Origin: Octopus vulgaris
Lineage: Eukaryota
DNA length: 64,000 bases
Direction: 5' to 3'
NCBI GenBank assembly: GCA_951406725.2
Contig: OX597827.1
Coordinates: 18,538,001-18,602,000 of the forward strand
Shown: one piece after another, positions 1-12,918 of the stretch
Position numbering within the stretch: the first letter of the stretch is position 1
How the letters are laid out: every line of letters begins with the position of its first letter
Translations under genes and position numbers: made by a program
The notes under the pieces: generated by a model
Database searches by the model: none
What the model was told of the DNA's origin: nothing
What the model saw: only the letters and a program-made list of their open reading frames with translations

Positions 1-943
1 GAGGAACTTGTATGTAAACACGTGTATGTATATCTATATGTACGATACAGTGTGCTTATATATGCGTATAGCTGATAGAATACACAGCTAAGTACAACAT
101 GTATATGTGTAATTAAGGGTATCTATGTAAGGTTGTTCAGTACAGTGTACTACACAACCTTACATAGACATGTATAACGTATGTGTATATGATTTTGTAT
201 TGGGTGTGTGTGTATAGCACGTCATGTGTTGCGTGTGTGTATAAGAATATAGGAGCCTTAATTAGGAGTACATCGATCTGTATGCACAGATGTCTAATAC
301 ACACACCTGTGTGTATAACTTAGTATTACACGACACATGTATGCTTATAGCAGTATCGCATCGGATACACGTGTTTCTAGTAACTTTGAAAGGCAGGCTA
401 CACATTTGAGCACACCTGTAACACACGACATCAGATAATATAAGTAATAATATACGGAATACACAGGTGAATGTTCGATCTATATTTTACTGATGCTCTT
501 GTTCATCTGTGTATTCTGCCAGGTATACACACACACACACACGCACACCGTGCGTAAATGATGTCCACATGACAGTATCGTCGTCAAAATATCTTAAGTT
601 GGACATGTATAATATATATATAGATATGAAGACACATCGAAAGTGCGTTAACATACGCAAATGATGTGTACAGTACTTGTGTAAAACGATATATTGAGCG
701 CGGATGATTTGTATATCTTGCTATATACAGACTGTGAATGTGATGTGTGTGTGTGTGTGTATATAAATATATGTATGCATACACACATGCACAGTAGCTG
801 TTAGCAGTGTCATTCATTCATAAATATACAGAGGTCGTTTGTGTGCATACATATTAAAGCGTGTTTAAAAAGGAACAGCTGGATTTGTATATGCATATGA
901 TTAAAATGAACAAGAACGAACGATTTTATTGTGTCAATGTATG

Positions 944-1002
<59 letters not shown>

Positions 1003-2576
1003 GCACGCACAACATTAAAAAAAAAAAGGAATAGAGGCAAGAGAAATAAACACAATATTAAGTTACATTTCAAACATTGGCGAAAAGCACAGTGCTGTTA
1101 TATCCTCCAGTGAACCGAAAGCCTGTTAAATATATTTGATAGAAATTCGAGGCGTCGAATAGCCAAGTTGGACCCGGTAGAATTTGAACTCAGAGCATAA
1201 AACTGGTGTAACTCAATATTGCAAAGCGCTCCAACTAATTTCCCGTTACCCCGGAAGTATGAAAAATAAAGGGCAAAGTTTTGGAATAGCTGTCCCCCCG
1301 CGAAATCTTAACCTTATGGGAAAGGAAACGAGTAGAGTTTTTAGCAGGGGTTTTTTTTCTCTTTCTTCTTCTTCTTCTTCTTCTTCTTCAGTGTTTAGTA
1401 TTCCAAATTTAGTGTTTTCTTTCATACAATGAAAATTACGATTCCGGAATAAAAAGAAACCTTTCCAAAAATCTCAATTCTCTTATATATTTTTGCTCCC
1501 TAACTTCCGCAGTCAATTTCATCCCCATTATGAGACTTGGAGGGACAAGCTATTCCAAAACTTTACGAGGTAAATTAGATTGAAGGGATTCGAACTCAGG
1601 ACATAAAAGGGCCGTAACTAAAGACAGCCATATATTTCGTCCGGCACTAACGATTCTGCCAATCCAATAATTTCTATCATAGGGTAACAAATAATACAAA
1701 CTTCACCAGAAATAAATTAGCGGCAAAGGCAAAGAATACGCACACCACCCGTTTTCGGCGTTTAGGATTAGGTTTAGGGTTACGCCGAAAACGGGTGGTG
1801 TGCATATTCTTTATATTATAAAATTGGTATTTCGTCTTTATAACTAATGTCTTCTAGTGCTGTTCCTTAGAGCATTAAAAGAAATTATCATTATTATTAT
1901 TGAATAGTAGGTTGGCGGAATCCTGTCTTAATGACAAGTATCTGTAATAAACATGCCGGTTTAAAATCGGTAACTCATCTGTAGTCACTCCATGGCTGCT
2001 TCGGAGTTCCATACCTCATAAGAAAGTGAAGGGGTAGGATTGATTTTCCTTTTTACAGAATCGTAATTATTTCAACTATTTCAAAACTCTTCCTAGTTTC
2101 TTCTTATATAGGTTACAGCTTTAAAACTTTTTTTTTTTGGTGGAGGTTGGCAACTGATTTCGATTTATAACAAGCCAGGGGAGGATAGATGATGAAAAAG
2201 CAAAGTCGACTTCGACAGGTTTTCAACTCGGAAATGTAAAAGAAAAAAACCCAAAAAAACTGTGACTTAAATACTGCAAGACATTAATTATTATGCTCGA
2301 TGCTTTAATGATTCTGCTAAACCAGCAACGACTTTTCTGCCATTCTTGATGTTTTTTAAAGAAAGGTCCTAGCTGTACGAACCACAATTGATAGACGTGT
2401 TTAAAACCGCTTTTGCTCACCACTAATATATATAACACAGATTATAGGTACTAGTACCCAGATTATATATATACACACTAGACATTTTATACATACATAT
2501 TCCAAATGGTCAAACACATGTTTTGTTTGTTAATTATGTATCAGTGCTTTTTTTTTTTTTTTTTTTCAAAACTTAC
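1..2576 (-). other. Intron 1 of the I-SMAD gene (5' part)
   Basis: Follows the GTAAGT donor; no PPPY linker or MH2 exon is recognisable in 1-2576; contains microsatellites and SINE fragments. Confidence 0.75.
1731..1812. repeat. Small hairpin/MITE remnant with telomere-like loop
   Basis: 31-bp arms 1731-1761 and 1782-1812 (one mismatch) around the loop ttaggattaggtttagggtt. Confidence 0.8.
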
Positions 2577-3561
2577 CTGTGTTCAGTAAGAGACTCCAGT
2601 GGTAAGGATTACAGCATACATAGTAAGGATCATCTCCACTTGTGCAACAAGGCAGTCTCTTCAGTTCCGTGCCCGGTCCAATATCTGGCCATCGCCACAG
2701 TTGGCAACAAAGGACGTGCGCCGCTACCGTCCGCCGACCCAGGCGAAGATCGCCCTTCGGCAGGAGTACACAGTCGGTTGTCTCGCCGCCCTTACTCTCC
2801 ACAGACTGAAGCAAGACGTTCAATTGGGGCTCAGTTAGTCTTTTCAGCATTGAATGGGACACAGCCTTCAGTTCCATCTCGTCCGTGCACGGTGACACAG
2901 ATGGCGTTGGCGAGGGACATGATGATGACGATGATGATGAGGATGAGGATGATGACGATGATGATGAGGAAGATGAGGAAGATGATGGTGATGATGATGA
3001 CGACGACGACCCGTTGTTATTGTGGTTAATATTGTTGTTGTTGTTGTGTTGATGATTGCTTTTGTGTTGTTGATGGTTGTTGTGTTCGTGTTGTTCTGTT
3101 TGTTGGTGATGTTGGTCGTGGTTGTTGTGCGACTGGTGAAGCAGCCGGGGTTCGATTTCGTCGTTTTCCTGTACGAGTTCATGCTGCTGCTGTTGTTGTT
3201 GCTGTTGATGGTATTGGTGATGGCGGTGATGGTGGTGGTGGTGGTAGTGCTGTTGTTTTTGTTCTTGCGTATCGCCAACATTGGCACCCAAGCCCGTGCC
3301 ACAGCAACCGACATTAGTGTCACTACCTCCGCCGCCGCTACCACCACCACAACCACAACCCGTGCCACCTGCGCAACAGCAAACAAGCGTGGTGCCACCG
3401 CCGCCGCCACAACAGCAACCACCACCACTACCACTACCACCACCACCCGTGCTGCCGCTGCCCGCGCCACCGTTTTCAGTCGAACCCGAGGTTTCATTGT
3501 GTAGAATGCGATTTTTCCACAAGCGCTTCACAAGGGCGTTACGTTTAATAGAACGGAACAT
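2577..3561 (-). CDS. SMAD6/7: Inhibitory SMAD (SMAD6/7, Dad-like), first coding exon: N-terminus, low-complexity insert and MH1-like domain
   Basis: Starts MFRSIKRNALVKRLWKNR (cf. I-SMAD start MFRxKRSxLVRRLWRSR). Continues ELKAVSHSMLKRLTEPQLNVLLQSVESKGG, LCCQLWRWPDI, ELKRLPCC and VCCNPYHWS. ATG at 3561-3559. Ends at a phase-1 donor ACAG|GTAAGT (intron starts 2576), where vertebrate SMAD6/7 exon 1 also ends, just before the PY-motif exon. Downstream exons lie outside the window. Confidence 0.93.
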
Positions 3562-4755
3562 GAAACATTTGGCTGACCTGTTACAGTAACGTCTCCATAC
3601 ATAAAACCAGTAGACACGGCTGGTCTCCTTGGTGGTGGGCACACGATGGTTGATAAACGTGATGGTGGGACTGCGGCGACAACGACGACGACAGGGGGCA
3701 GATGGGACAGCAGCGACTACAACAACTACGAGTACTACAACGGCACCATGGACAGCTACAATAACCGTGGTTATTACACTGATAATAGTTGTAGTAGAGG
3801 CTATGGCAGTTAGAGAGCACCTACCACCACTGCTTGTCTCCTTAATAAGAATGGTGGTGGTGGGCAGGAGCTGTCTAGGGAACGTAATGGTGTTGTGTGT
3901 TGATATTGGATGTTGGTCGGTGGACGGGAAGATATCTGGTGTAATATATAAGAGATTAGTGGACAGATCTAATGAACGTAATTACTGTAGTTATAGTGCG
4001 AAGACGTGATTAACAAGTTAACAAGAGTTAATACTGCTACACATACAACAATAACAGCAGCCACAGCAAAATGCTACTGTTACGGTTGTAGTACTTATTA
4101 TTATTATTATTATCTTACAGTAAAATGTACCTTCACGCCTGGTAACGGGTGAGAGAGTAAATGGTATTATTGGTGCGTTTTTTCTTTCTTTTTTTTTTTT
4201 TCCAATAGACGGATGGATGGATAATCGTGAAGATGATGATGATGATGATGGAGTGTGGGGGTGGGGGGGTTAGAGTGAAGACAAGAACAACTACAACAGC
4301 AAATCGACAATACAACTCGCAAATAAAAAAAAAAGAGAGAAAAAAACCCCCACTACAACAACAACAACTCAGACATGCACTGGTGACCACCACAACAACA
4401 ACAACAACGGTAACTGACTTCCCGCTGGTATGGTGTTCGTAGTAGTAGTAGTAGTAGTAGCAGCAGCAGTAGTGGTGGTCTTCGTAATTAAGCTTTCTTT
4501 TGTAATAAATCCTTGCTTCTGCTTCAACAGTGGTTGTTGTTATGGAAGTGTGTTTATATATATATAAATATTATATATGTGTGTATTTATATATCATTAA
4601 ATATATATATATATATCTTTTTTCCTTGATATTGCAATGCTGGTCTATACATTAATATAATGTATAATATATAACATACATATATGTGTGTATATATATA
4701 TATATATATTTTGTAATGGTGTTGATGCATACAATAATAGAATGTATAGTGTGTG

Positions 4756-4788
<33 letters not shown>

Positions 4789-5252
4789 TATACAAGAAAG
4801 AAAAGCAAGCGTATGCTATTTTTTGTGTAATATTTTTCTCTCCAGGTCTCTGCTATATTCCATTTTATCGCTCCGCCAGGGTAAAAACTGTTGTAACAGT
4901 AGTAGTAGTAGTAGTAGAAGTAGTAGTAATAATAATACTAGTTGTAGTAGTAGTAGTTGTAGTTGTAGTAGTACAAGCAGCAATGATGGTAATAATGGTA
5001 CTGCTATAATTCCAGCTGGTCTGGTTTAGTTTTTGGTGAGGTTTTGGATACAAGTATATGTATGTATATATATATATGTGTATATATATATATATATATA
5101 TGCGTGTATGAATGAATGTATATATATATATGTGTGTGTGTGGATATATATTAAATATATATATATATATATGTATATATAGGGTTTTTTTTTGAAAAAA
5201 AAAATACTGTGTTGTGTTGCTTTGCCTTGACTCCTCGGCTAGGCGCTTGCTT

Positions 5253-5284
5253 GACTGAATGTAAAAGAGTCGGCAGTGTCTATA
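5253..5284 (-). promoter_or_regulatory. Candidate core promoter of the I-SMAD gene (TATA-like plus Inr)
   Basis: Minus strand reads TATAGAC (first T at 5284) and then TCAGTC, matching Inr TCAGTY with +1 near 5256. Spacing is about -28, in a non-repetitive island between simple repeats. Confidence 0.3.
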
Positions 5285-6884
5285 CTACTGCTGCTGCTGT
5301 TACTACTACTTCTAATAATCGTTATAATGGTGGTAGCAAGCAGGGAGGAGGAATAGTAAGAGCAGAGCAAGTGAGACGTGGTTGTTGTTGTTGATGCTAC
5401 TGCTGCTCGGCTGTTGTTGTTTGTGAAATGTTAATGGCGGTGGTGGTGGCGGTGGTGGTGATGATGGTGGTGGTGGTGCTTGTGGTGGTGGCGACGGTGG
5501 ATGGCAGACTGTTGGGAGGAACGGGGTGAGTTAGTTTGTGAGACGTGGTCGTTGATGTTGCTATTGGTATTGCTGTTGCTGCTGCTGCTTGTTGTTGTTG
5601 TTGTTGTTGTTGGGTTTCTTTTTTTTGTTAATGAAGGCGGTGATGGCAGCGTAGTTGGCGTCAGTCGGAGGAGCGGTGAGAGTAGTTTTACTGTGAGACC
5701 AAGTTGTTCGTGCTGCTGCTGCTGCTGTTGTTGTTGGTGGTGGCGGCGGTGGCAGTGGTGGTGGCGGCGGTGACGGTGGTGGTGGCGGCGTGAGCGACGA
5801 TGGTGATGGTGGTGTTGATGAGGGTGGGGGATGTCAGTGGCGACAGTTAGAGGAAAAGTGAGCGTAGATGAGTGACGATGGAGGTCGAGAAGGGGGGTGG
5901 GAGTAATAGTCGGCTTAATGACGGCGACGGCGGTGGCGAAGAGAGAGAGAGAGAGAGAGAGAGAGTGAAAGACAGAGACAGAAAGAGAAAGAAAAAAGAG
6001 AGGGAGAGAAAGAAAGGCAAGGAAATATAGGGAGAGTTGATGTTTTATTAAAAGAGGTAGTGTTGATGGTGGCAGTGGGAGTAATAATGATAAGAGAGAG
6101 AGAAGGAGTGGGTATTTGAGAGAAAGAAGGAGAGAACGTATTAATGGTGGTAGGAGTAGATTGACGGTTGTGATGGTAATGGGGGTGATAGTAACAGTGT
6201 GAGCTGTAGTTGTGATAGAGGCGGAGGCGGCGGTGATGATGGTGGTGGTGGTGGTGGAGGTGGTCAGGGATGACGGTGAAGAGTAAAGCGATGTGGAAGA
6301 CGGTGATGATGGCGATGGGAGTGGTGGTGGGGGAAGGTGATGAAGTCAAAGGTATTGATGGTGGTGGCGTCAGAAGTCTGAATGGTGTGTGCATGGCTGT
6401 TGTGGTGTTGGTGGTGGTGGTAGTGGTGGTGGTGATGGTTGAAAACAATCAACAGAAAAGTGAGAGAGAGAGAGAAAGAAAGAGGTTAGACAGAAGAAGA
6501 AGAAGAAGAAAAATTAGTGGTAAGGCGGCGTCGGCGAGACGGCAACGGCGGCAAGATACGAAAGAGGTGAAGGAAGAGAGAGACAGTATAAGAAGGGAAG
6601 GAGGGAGAGACGGGGGGAGGGGGAAAGAAAGGAAAGACGACGGAAGGTGAAAAGGTATGGAGATGGAAATGAGGGGTAGAGGGAGATAGATAGAGAGAGA
6701 GAGAGAGCGTGAGAGAGTGAGACAGAGAGTGAAAGACAGAGAGAGGGAGGTTGAGTGGTTGTGTGGGTGGTGAAGGTGGAAGATTAGAGAAACAGAAATA
6801 AATAAATAAATAAATAAATAAACTGGCGTCTCGAGAGCTTTCTACCCGAGTGAAGGAGCCAACAGGGTGGCGTCGTTACTGGCG

Positions 6885-6920
<36 letters not shown>

Positions 6921-7677
6921 AGGAGAGGGAGAAGGGGGGTTTAGCCTACACGGTGGTGGAGATGGAGGCGGCGGTGGTGGCGGTGATGGTGGTGGTGGTG
7001 GTGGTGGTGCCTGCGATAGACTAATAATATTGGTCTAAGTGGCGTTTATAGTGATAAAATAGTGAAGGCGCTGGCAGCGCTTAGTGTTGGCGCCGGGGAT
7101 GACGTGGTGCAGGTATGATGATGGTGGAGGTGGTGGAGGTGGTGGTGGAGGTAGTGGTTGTGGTGGTGGTGGTGGTGGTGGTGGAGGATATAATAGTCTT
7201 GGTGGAGGCAAGAAGACTTTGTGGAGATGGTTTGTTAGTGCTTGCTTGATAGTATTATATATAGCGGCAATAGTTAACTGTTATAGTAGTTTTCATATAC
7301 TGGTTGGTTGGTTGGTTGGTTGGTGGTCGTTTAGTGTTAGTCTTCCTTGGTGTTAGCAGTAGTGATGATGTTAATAGTAATAATAGTGTTGTTGTTGTTG
7401 TTGTTGGCGGTGGTTGCGGTGGTGGTGGTAGTGGTGTTGGTGTAAGCGTTGACTAGGGTGATTCCAGAGTCAATAGTTGTGTGATAGAGGTGCTGGTGAT
7501 AGTGGTGGTATAGAACAGGTATGTTATTGGAAGCGATAGTACTGGTCTTCTATTAGTTGTCATGGTGTTGGTGTTGGTGTTGGTGTTAGTGCTTTATTGC
7601 TGGTTGGTTATTTGGTGTTGCAGAAAGAGAGCGAGAGAGAGAGAGAGAAAAAAAAAAACAGACAGAGAGGGGTATTA

Positions 7678-7892
7678 CTCTTTTACTCTTTTACTTCTTT
7701 TACTTGTTTCAGTCATTTGACTGTGGCCATGCTGGAGCAACGCCTTTTTTTAGTCGAGCAAATCGACCTCCAGGACTTATTCTTTGTAAGCCTTAGTACT
7801 TATTCTATCGGTCTCTTTTGCCGAGCCGCTTAAGTTACGCGGACGTAAACACACCAGCATCGGTTGTCAAGCGATGTTGGGGGGAGGGGAAA

Positions 7893-7926
<34 letters not shown>

Positions 7927-8111
7927 TATATATATATATATATATATATGTATACACACATATATACGACGGGCTTCTTTCAGTTTCCGTCTACCAAATC
8001 CACTCACAGGGCTTTGGTCGGCCCGAGGCTATAGTAGAAGACACTTGCCCAAGGTGTCACGCAGTGGGACTGAACCCGGAACCGTGTGGTTGGTAAGTCA
8101 CTCCTACGCCT
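7678..8111 (-). mobile_element. SINE family A (tRNA-derived head, central (TA)n/(TG)n microsatellite, (TAAAAGAG)n tail)
   Basis: Near-identical to many copies in the window. The family head has A box TGGCTGTGTGG and B box GGTTCAGTCCC; it is partly deleted in this copy. Confidence 0.85.
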
Positions 8112-8451
8112 ATCTATTAGTGGGTTTTTTTTTAGATAGCTTGTGAACAAACATTAGACGTGCAGTAGCGATATAATGGTACCTTTAGTGGCTATATAAC
8201 ATATTAGAGGTACATTGTGTAGGTGGGTGGACTGGACGAGATGTGATCTTCAGGGACAAGTGACAATGTCGTTTTAAATTTTCAGTGTTAGCATTGTCGT
8301 TTTTTGTTGTTGTTGTAGTTGTTTGCCACCACAGGCCACCTCTTGATCGAGCGGACCAACGATGAAAGACATGCCAATCGTGACCATCCAACTGCTTTGG
8401 TGCTTGTAAGGGACTTGTGTCATCTAATGTGTCCTATCTCATATATATATA

Positions 8452-8763
8452 TAGGCGCAGGTGGTACCTTGGGCAAGTGTCTTCTACTATAGCCGAACAA
8501 GGCCTTGTGAGTGGATTTGGTAGCTGGAAACTGAAAGAAGCCTGTCGTATATATGTATGTATATATAAACATTTAAATAATGAGGGAGATAAATTGAATA
8601 TTAATTTAATTAATATCAATTTAAAACCAGTAGCCTAGCATACAAAAATCTGAAAAATCAGAGAAAATTCTAATACATGTGTATATTTCAAGGGCCAAAA
8701 AACCACTAAGTGGTCAGAGGTATGCTTAGTGGTCCTTTTAGCCCTTTAAATATATATATACGT

Positions 8764-8812
<49 letters not shown>

Positions 8813-9020
8813 TGTCTGTGTTTGTTCCCCCCACCCCAACATCGCTGGAGGGAAAAATCACCGATGCTGAAATGCTCCCCGTAAATTAGCGGTTCGGCAA
8901 AAAGAGACCAATAGAATAAGAAACTAGGCTTACAGAGAATAAGTCCTGGGTCGATTTTGCTCGACTGAAGGCCGTGCTCCAGCATGGCCGTAGTCAAATG
9001 ACTGAAACAAGTAAAAGAAA
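8452..9020 (+). mobile_element. SINE family A with a foreign ~180-bp insert (about 8570-8750) in its central microsatellite
   Basis: Head half 8452-8550 and tail half about 8810-9020 match family A; the insert is the reverse complement of about 59572-59700. Confidence 0.75.
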
Positions 9021-9473
9021 GAATACACACACACACACACACACACATAAGCGGTTAAGGTGTGTGGTACAAGGGAGATGTGACTGCTATATCTAGCTCG
9101 TCGAGTGACCACAAAAGGGCCCCCTACGCTGGTTTGTACTGGCTACATCGTGTTGTGGCGTGGCTAGACTGGATAGAAAGTGTTCGTACAGTGCATGTAG
9201 TAGTTGACCAATAGTGGTGGAGGTGGTGGTGGTGGTGGTGTGTACATGTAGCACTAGTACTAATATAGTGGTTGGTCCTAGTAAAGTTTCGGTGCCAGTA
9301 GCGTTGCCAATTGTAGAAGCAGTACAAAATACAACGGAGGTAATTGTTGTTGTTGGCTGCTGTTGTTTAGCCCCGAGTAAAAGTCTGGTCGAATGGACCT
9401 TATGATTAAAAGGCGTTCCACCCTCAGGCCACTCTGCCTTTATTATTATTATTATTATTCTCTTTTCTTTTTT

Positions 9474-9866
9474 ACTCTTTTACTTGTTTCAGTCATTTGA
9501 CTGCGGCCATGCTGGAGCACCGCCTTTAGCCGAGCAAATCGACCCCGGGACTTATTCTTTGTAAGCCCAGTACTTATTCTATCGGTATCTTTTTGCCGAA
9601 CCGCTAAGTGACGGGGACGTAAACACACCAGCATCGGTTGTCAAGCAATGCTAGGGGGACAAACACAGACACACAAACACACACATGCATATATAGACAT
9701 ATACATATATACGACGGGCTTCTTTCAGTTTCCGTCTACCAAATCCACTCACAAGGCATTGGTCGGCCCGGGGCTATAGTAGAAGACACTTGCCCAAGGT
9801 GCCATGTAGTGGGACTAAACCCAGAACCATGTGGTTGGTTCTTACCACACAGCCACTCCTGCGCCT
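9474..9866 (-). mobile_element. SINE family A
   Basis: Nearly full-length match ending ...cagccactcctgcgcct. Confidence 0.85.
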
Positions 9867-10697
9867 ATATTATTTTATTTTTTTTATAGGTTTATCTAGA
9901 ATTGCATGATCTAATACAGCCAGGAATTACCTGCGGACCGCGGGACATTCTGAATGGCACGCCATAACGAACTTTCTTTTAGTGGTGTGATCCTCAACCC
10001 CTGACGATGATCCATGTCTCATGCGGCCCGCTTCTCGTTAACCGTTGCCCATCTCTTGTTTAACGTCCTTTTTTTTTTATCACCCCCCCCCCTCAAGGTG
10101 TTAACAGTAAGTGGTTAAGGATATTTCGTTGCGTTTTCTAGCAGATCAAGCTACAACGTTGAGCGAGCAGGTATGGGGGGGGGGCCAGCCTTTTGCGAAG
10201 AGCGGACCGCATGTCACAGTGGCTCGACGTCACCAAGGAGAATGGCATTGTCTTAAAAAAAAAAAAAAGAAAGAAAAGAAAAAAATTCAAGGTAAATTTT
10301 TTCATTAGGTTTTTTTGCCATTCCAGAAAAGTGCCCCACGGGCCGCAGGGTTGGTTGCCCATGATCGACAATGAGGTTCTTTCGATGGCACGTTTGCTAT
10401 TTTTGTATGCGGTCAATGATGATGATGATGATGATGGTGATGATGATGGTGATGGTGGTTGTGGTGGTGGTGATGGTGGTGGTGGTGGTGATGGTGGTGA
10501 TGTGGTGGTGGTGGTGGTGGTGGTAGTGGTGGTGGTGGGGATGGTGAGGGGGTGGAGACAAAAAACAAGGTCCCTTGCTGTCTGTATCTCAGCACGTATG
10601 AAATTTTTAAAGTTTTTTTCTCCTTTTTTCACAACTGACCGTTCGTGGAGATGGAGTTGGTGGTGGTGGTGGTGGTAGTGGCGGTGGCGATAAAGAC

Positions 10698-10753
<56 letters not shown>

Positions 10754-10760
10754 AGTGGTG

Positions 10761-10815
<55 letters not shown>

Positions 10816-11522
10816 GTGTGTTTGTTGTATTGACATATTAATAGCGGTGGCTACAGCAGTGGTGCCGGTAGTGGTGGTGGTGGTGGTGGTGGTAGTGGCG
10901 TTAGGTGGGGAAGTGTAAGAAGAAAAAAAAGAGAGAAGAGGTGGGGTGGAGTGGGGTGGGGGAGGAAGATGAAGAGCGAACGAACGTCTCCGTTTGTTGT
11001 TTTCGCCTCACGTCTGATGGCTGGAAGGAGGAGGAGGAGGAGGAGGAGGAGTAGGAGCAGAAGGAGACGAAGAAGAAGAAGAATAGGGAGTGGGGAGGAG
11101 AGAGGGGAAAAACACGACTGACCGATCATCAACGACGGATGGTAGGAGGCAGGAGGGGAGAGAGGGGGAGGAGAAGACAACAGCCATACTACTACTATTA
11201 ATACTACTACTACTGGTATGTAGTAGATATAGTATAGTCATTAGGGAAATGTTAGCAGATGATGAGGGGGGGGAACTAACCATGATGACAATGGTGATGG
11301 TAATCTGTTGGAGAAAGACTAAGCGGAATGAGGGAGGGGGATACAGAGAAGAAGAGGAGGTAAGAATGGTTAAAGGAAGAGAAGAGAAGAGAGACGGAGA
11401 GAGAGAGAAAGATAGGAGGGAAAAAGGAGAGAGAGAGAGATTAAAAGATATGGGGCGAAGGTGGAGGGGGAAGAGAACTGTCGAATAAGGTGGTGGTGGT
11501 AGTAGTGGTGGTGGTTGCTATG

Positions 11523-11620
<98 letters not shown>

Positions 11621-11786
11621 TAGATAGATAGAGAGATAGAGAGACGGGGAGAGAGAGAGAGAGAAGGAAGGAGTAAAGAAAAGAACGAAAGAGAATGGAC
11701 ACTGAACGAAAAACTCAGATATGAAATTACAGAACATCGAGCATGGATGGCTACACGAAGGAAAAGAACGAGTGTGACTATATATA

Positions 11787-12131
11787 AGAAAGAAAGAAAG
11801 AAAAAAAGGAGAGAAAGATAGAAGGAAAGAAAGACAGACAGACAGAAAGAAAGAAAGGAAGGAAGGAAGGAAGGAAGAAAGACAGAAAGAAAGAAAGAAA
11901 GAAGGAAAGAAAGGGAGAAAGAAGGAAAGAAAGAAAGACAGAAAGAAAGAAGGAAAGAAAGAAAGAAAGAAGGAGAGAGAGAAAGAAGGAAAGAAGGAAA
12001 GAAAGAAAGACAGAAAGAAAGGGAGGAAGGAAGGAAGGAAGGAAGACAGAAAGAAAGAAAGAAGGAAAGAAAGGGAGAAAGAAGGAAAGAAAGAAAGACA
12101 GAAGGAAAGAAAGAAAGAAAGAAAGAAGGAG

Positions 12132-12170
<39 letters not shown>

Positions 12171-12211
12171 AGGAAAGAAAGACAGAAAGAAAGAAAGAAA
12201 GAAAGAAAGAC

Positions 12212-12266
<55 letters not shown>

Positions 12267-12359
12267 CAGAAAGAAAGAAAGAAAGAAAGAAGGAGAGAGA
12301 GAAAGAAGGAAAGAAAGAAAGACAGAAAGAAAGGAAGGAAGGAAGGAAGGAAGAAAGAC

Positions 12360-12426
<67 letters not shown>

Positions 12427-12856
12427 AGGAAAGAAAGAAAGAAGGAAAGAAAGAAAGACAGAAAGAAAGAAGGAGAGAAAGAAAGAAGGAAAAGAAAGAA
12501 AGAAAAAAGAACGAAAGACAGAAAGAAAAGAAAGGGAGAACGAGATGTATGTATGTATGTATGTATGTATAGGCCTGCACACTGAACCAAATGTGTGTAC
12601 GTGTGAGTGTAAAGGACGAATCGAAGGAAGAAAAAACCCGAAAGAGATTAAGAATGGAGGGTGAAAAATAAAGGTGAGTTCGAAGAGGAAAAAGTAGAGA
12701 AAGTGAGGGAAAAAGAAGAAAAAGTAAGGAAGGGAAATTAAAAGAGGTGAGAGAGAGATTGAATGAAAAGAGAAAGAAATGGTGAAGAAAGAAGACAGTG
12801 AAAAGAAAGACAGAAAGAAAGGATGGAAGGAAGGAAGGAAGGAAGGAAGGAAGGAA

Positions 12857-12918
<62 letters not shown>

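Noticed and set aside
3562-3642. N-terminal extension MPTTKETSR... of the 358-aa ORF
   Set aside because: It starts at a non-ATG codon; homology begins at the ATG of MFRS (3561). The last residues (GKF) read into the intron.
6365-6380. GGCGTC-AGAA-GTCTG as a canonical Mad/Medea composite site
   Set aside because: The spacer is 4 nt rather than the required 5.
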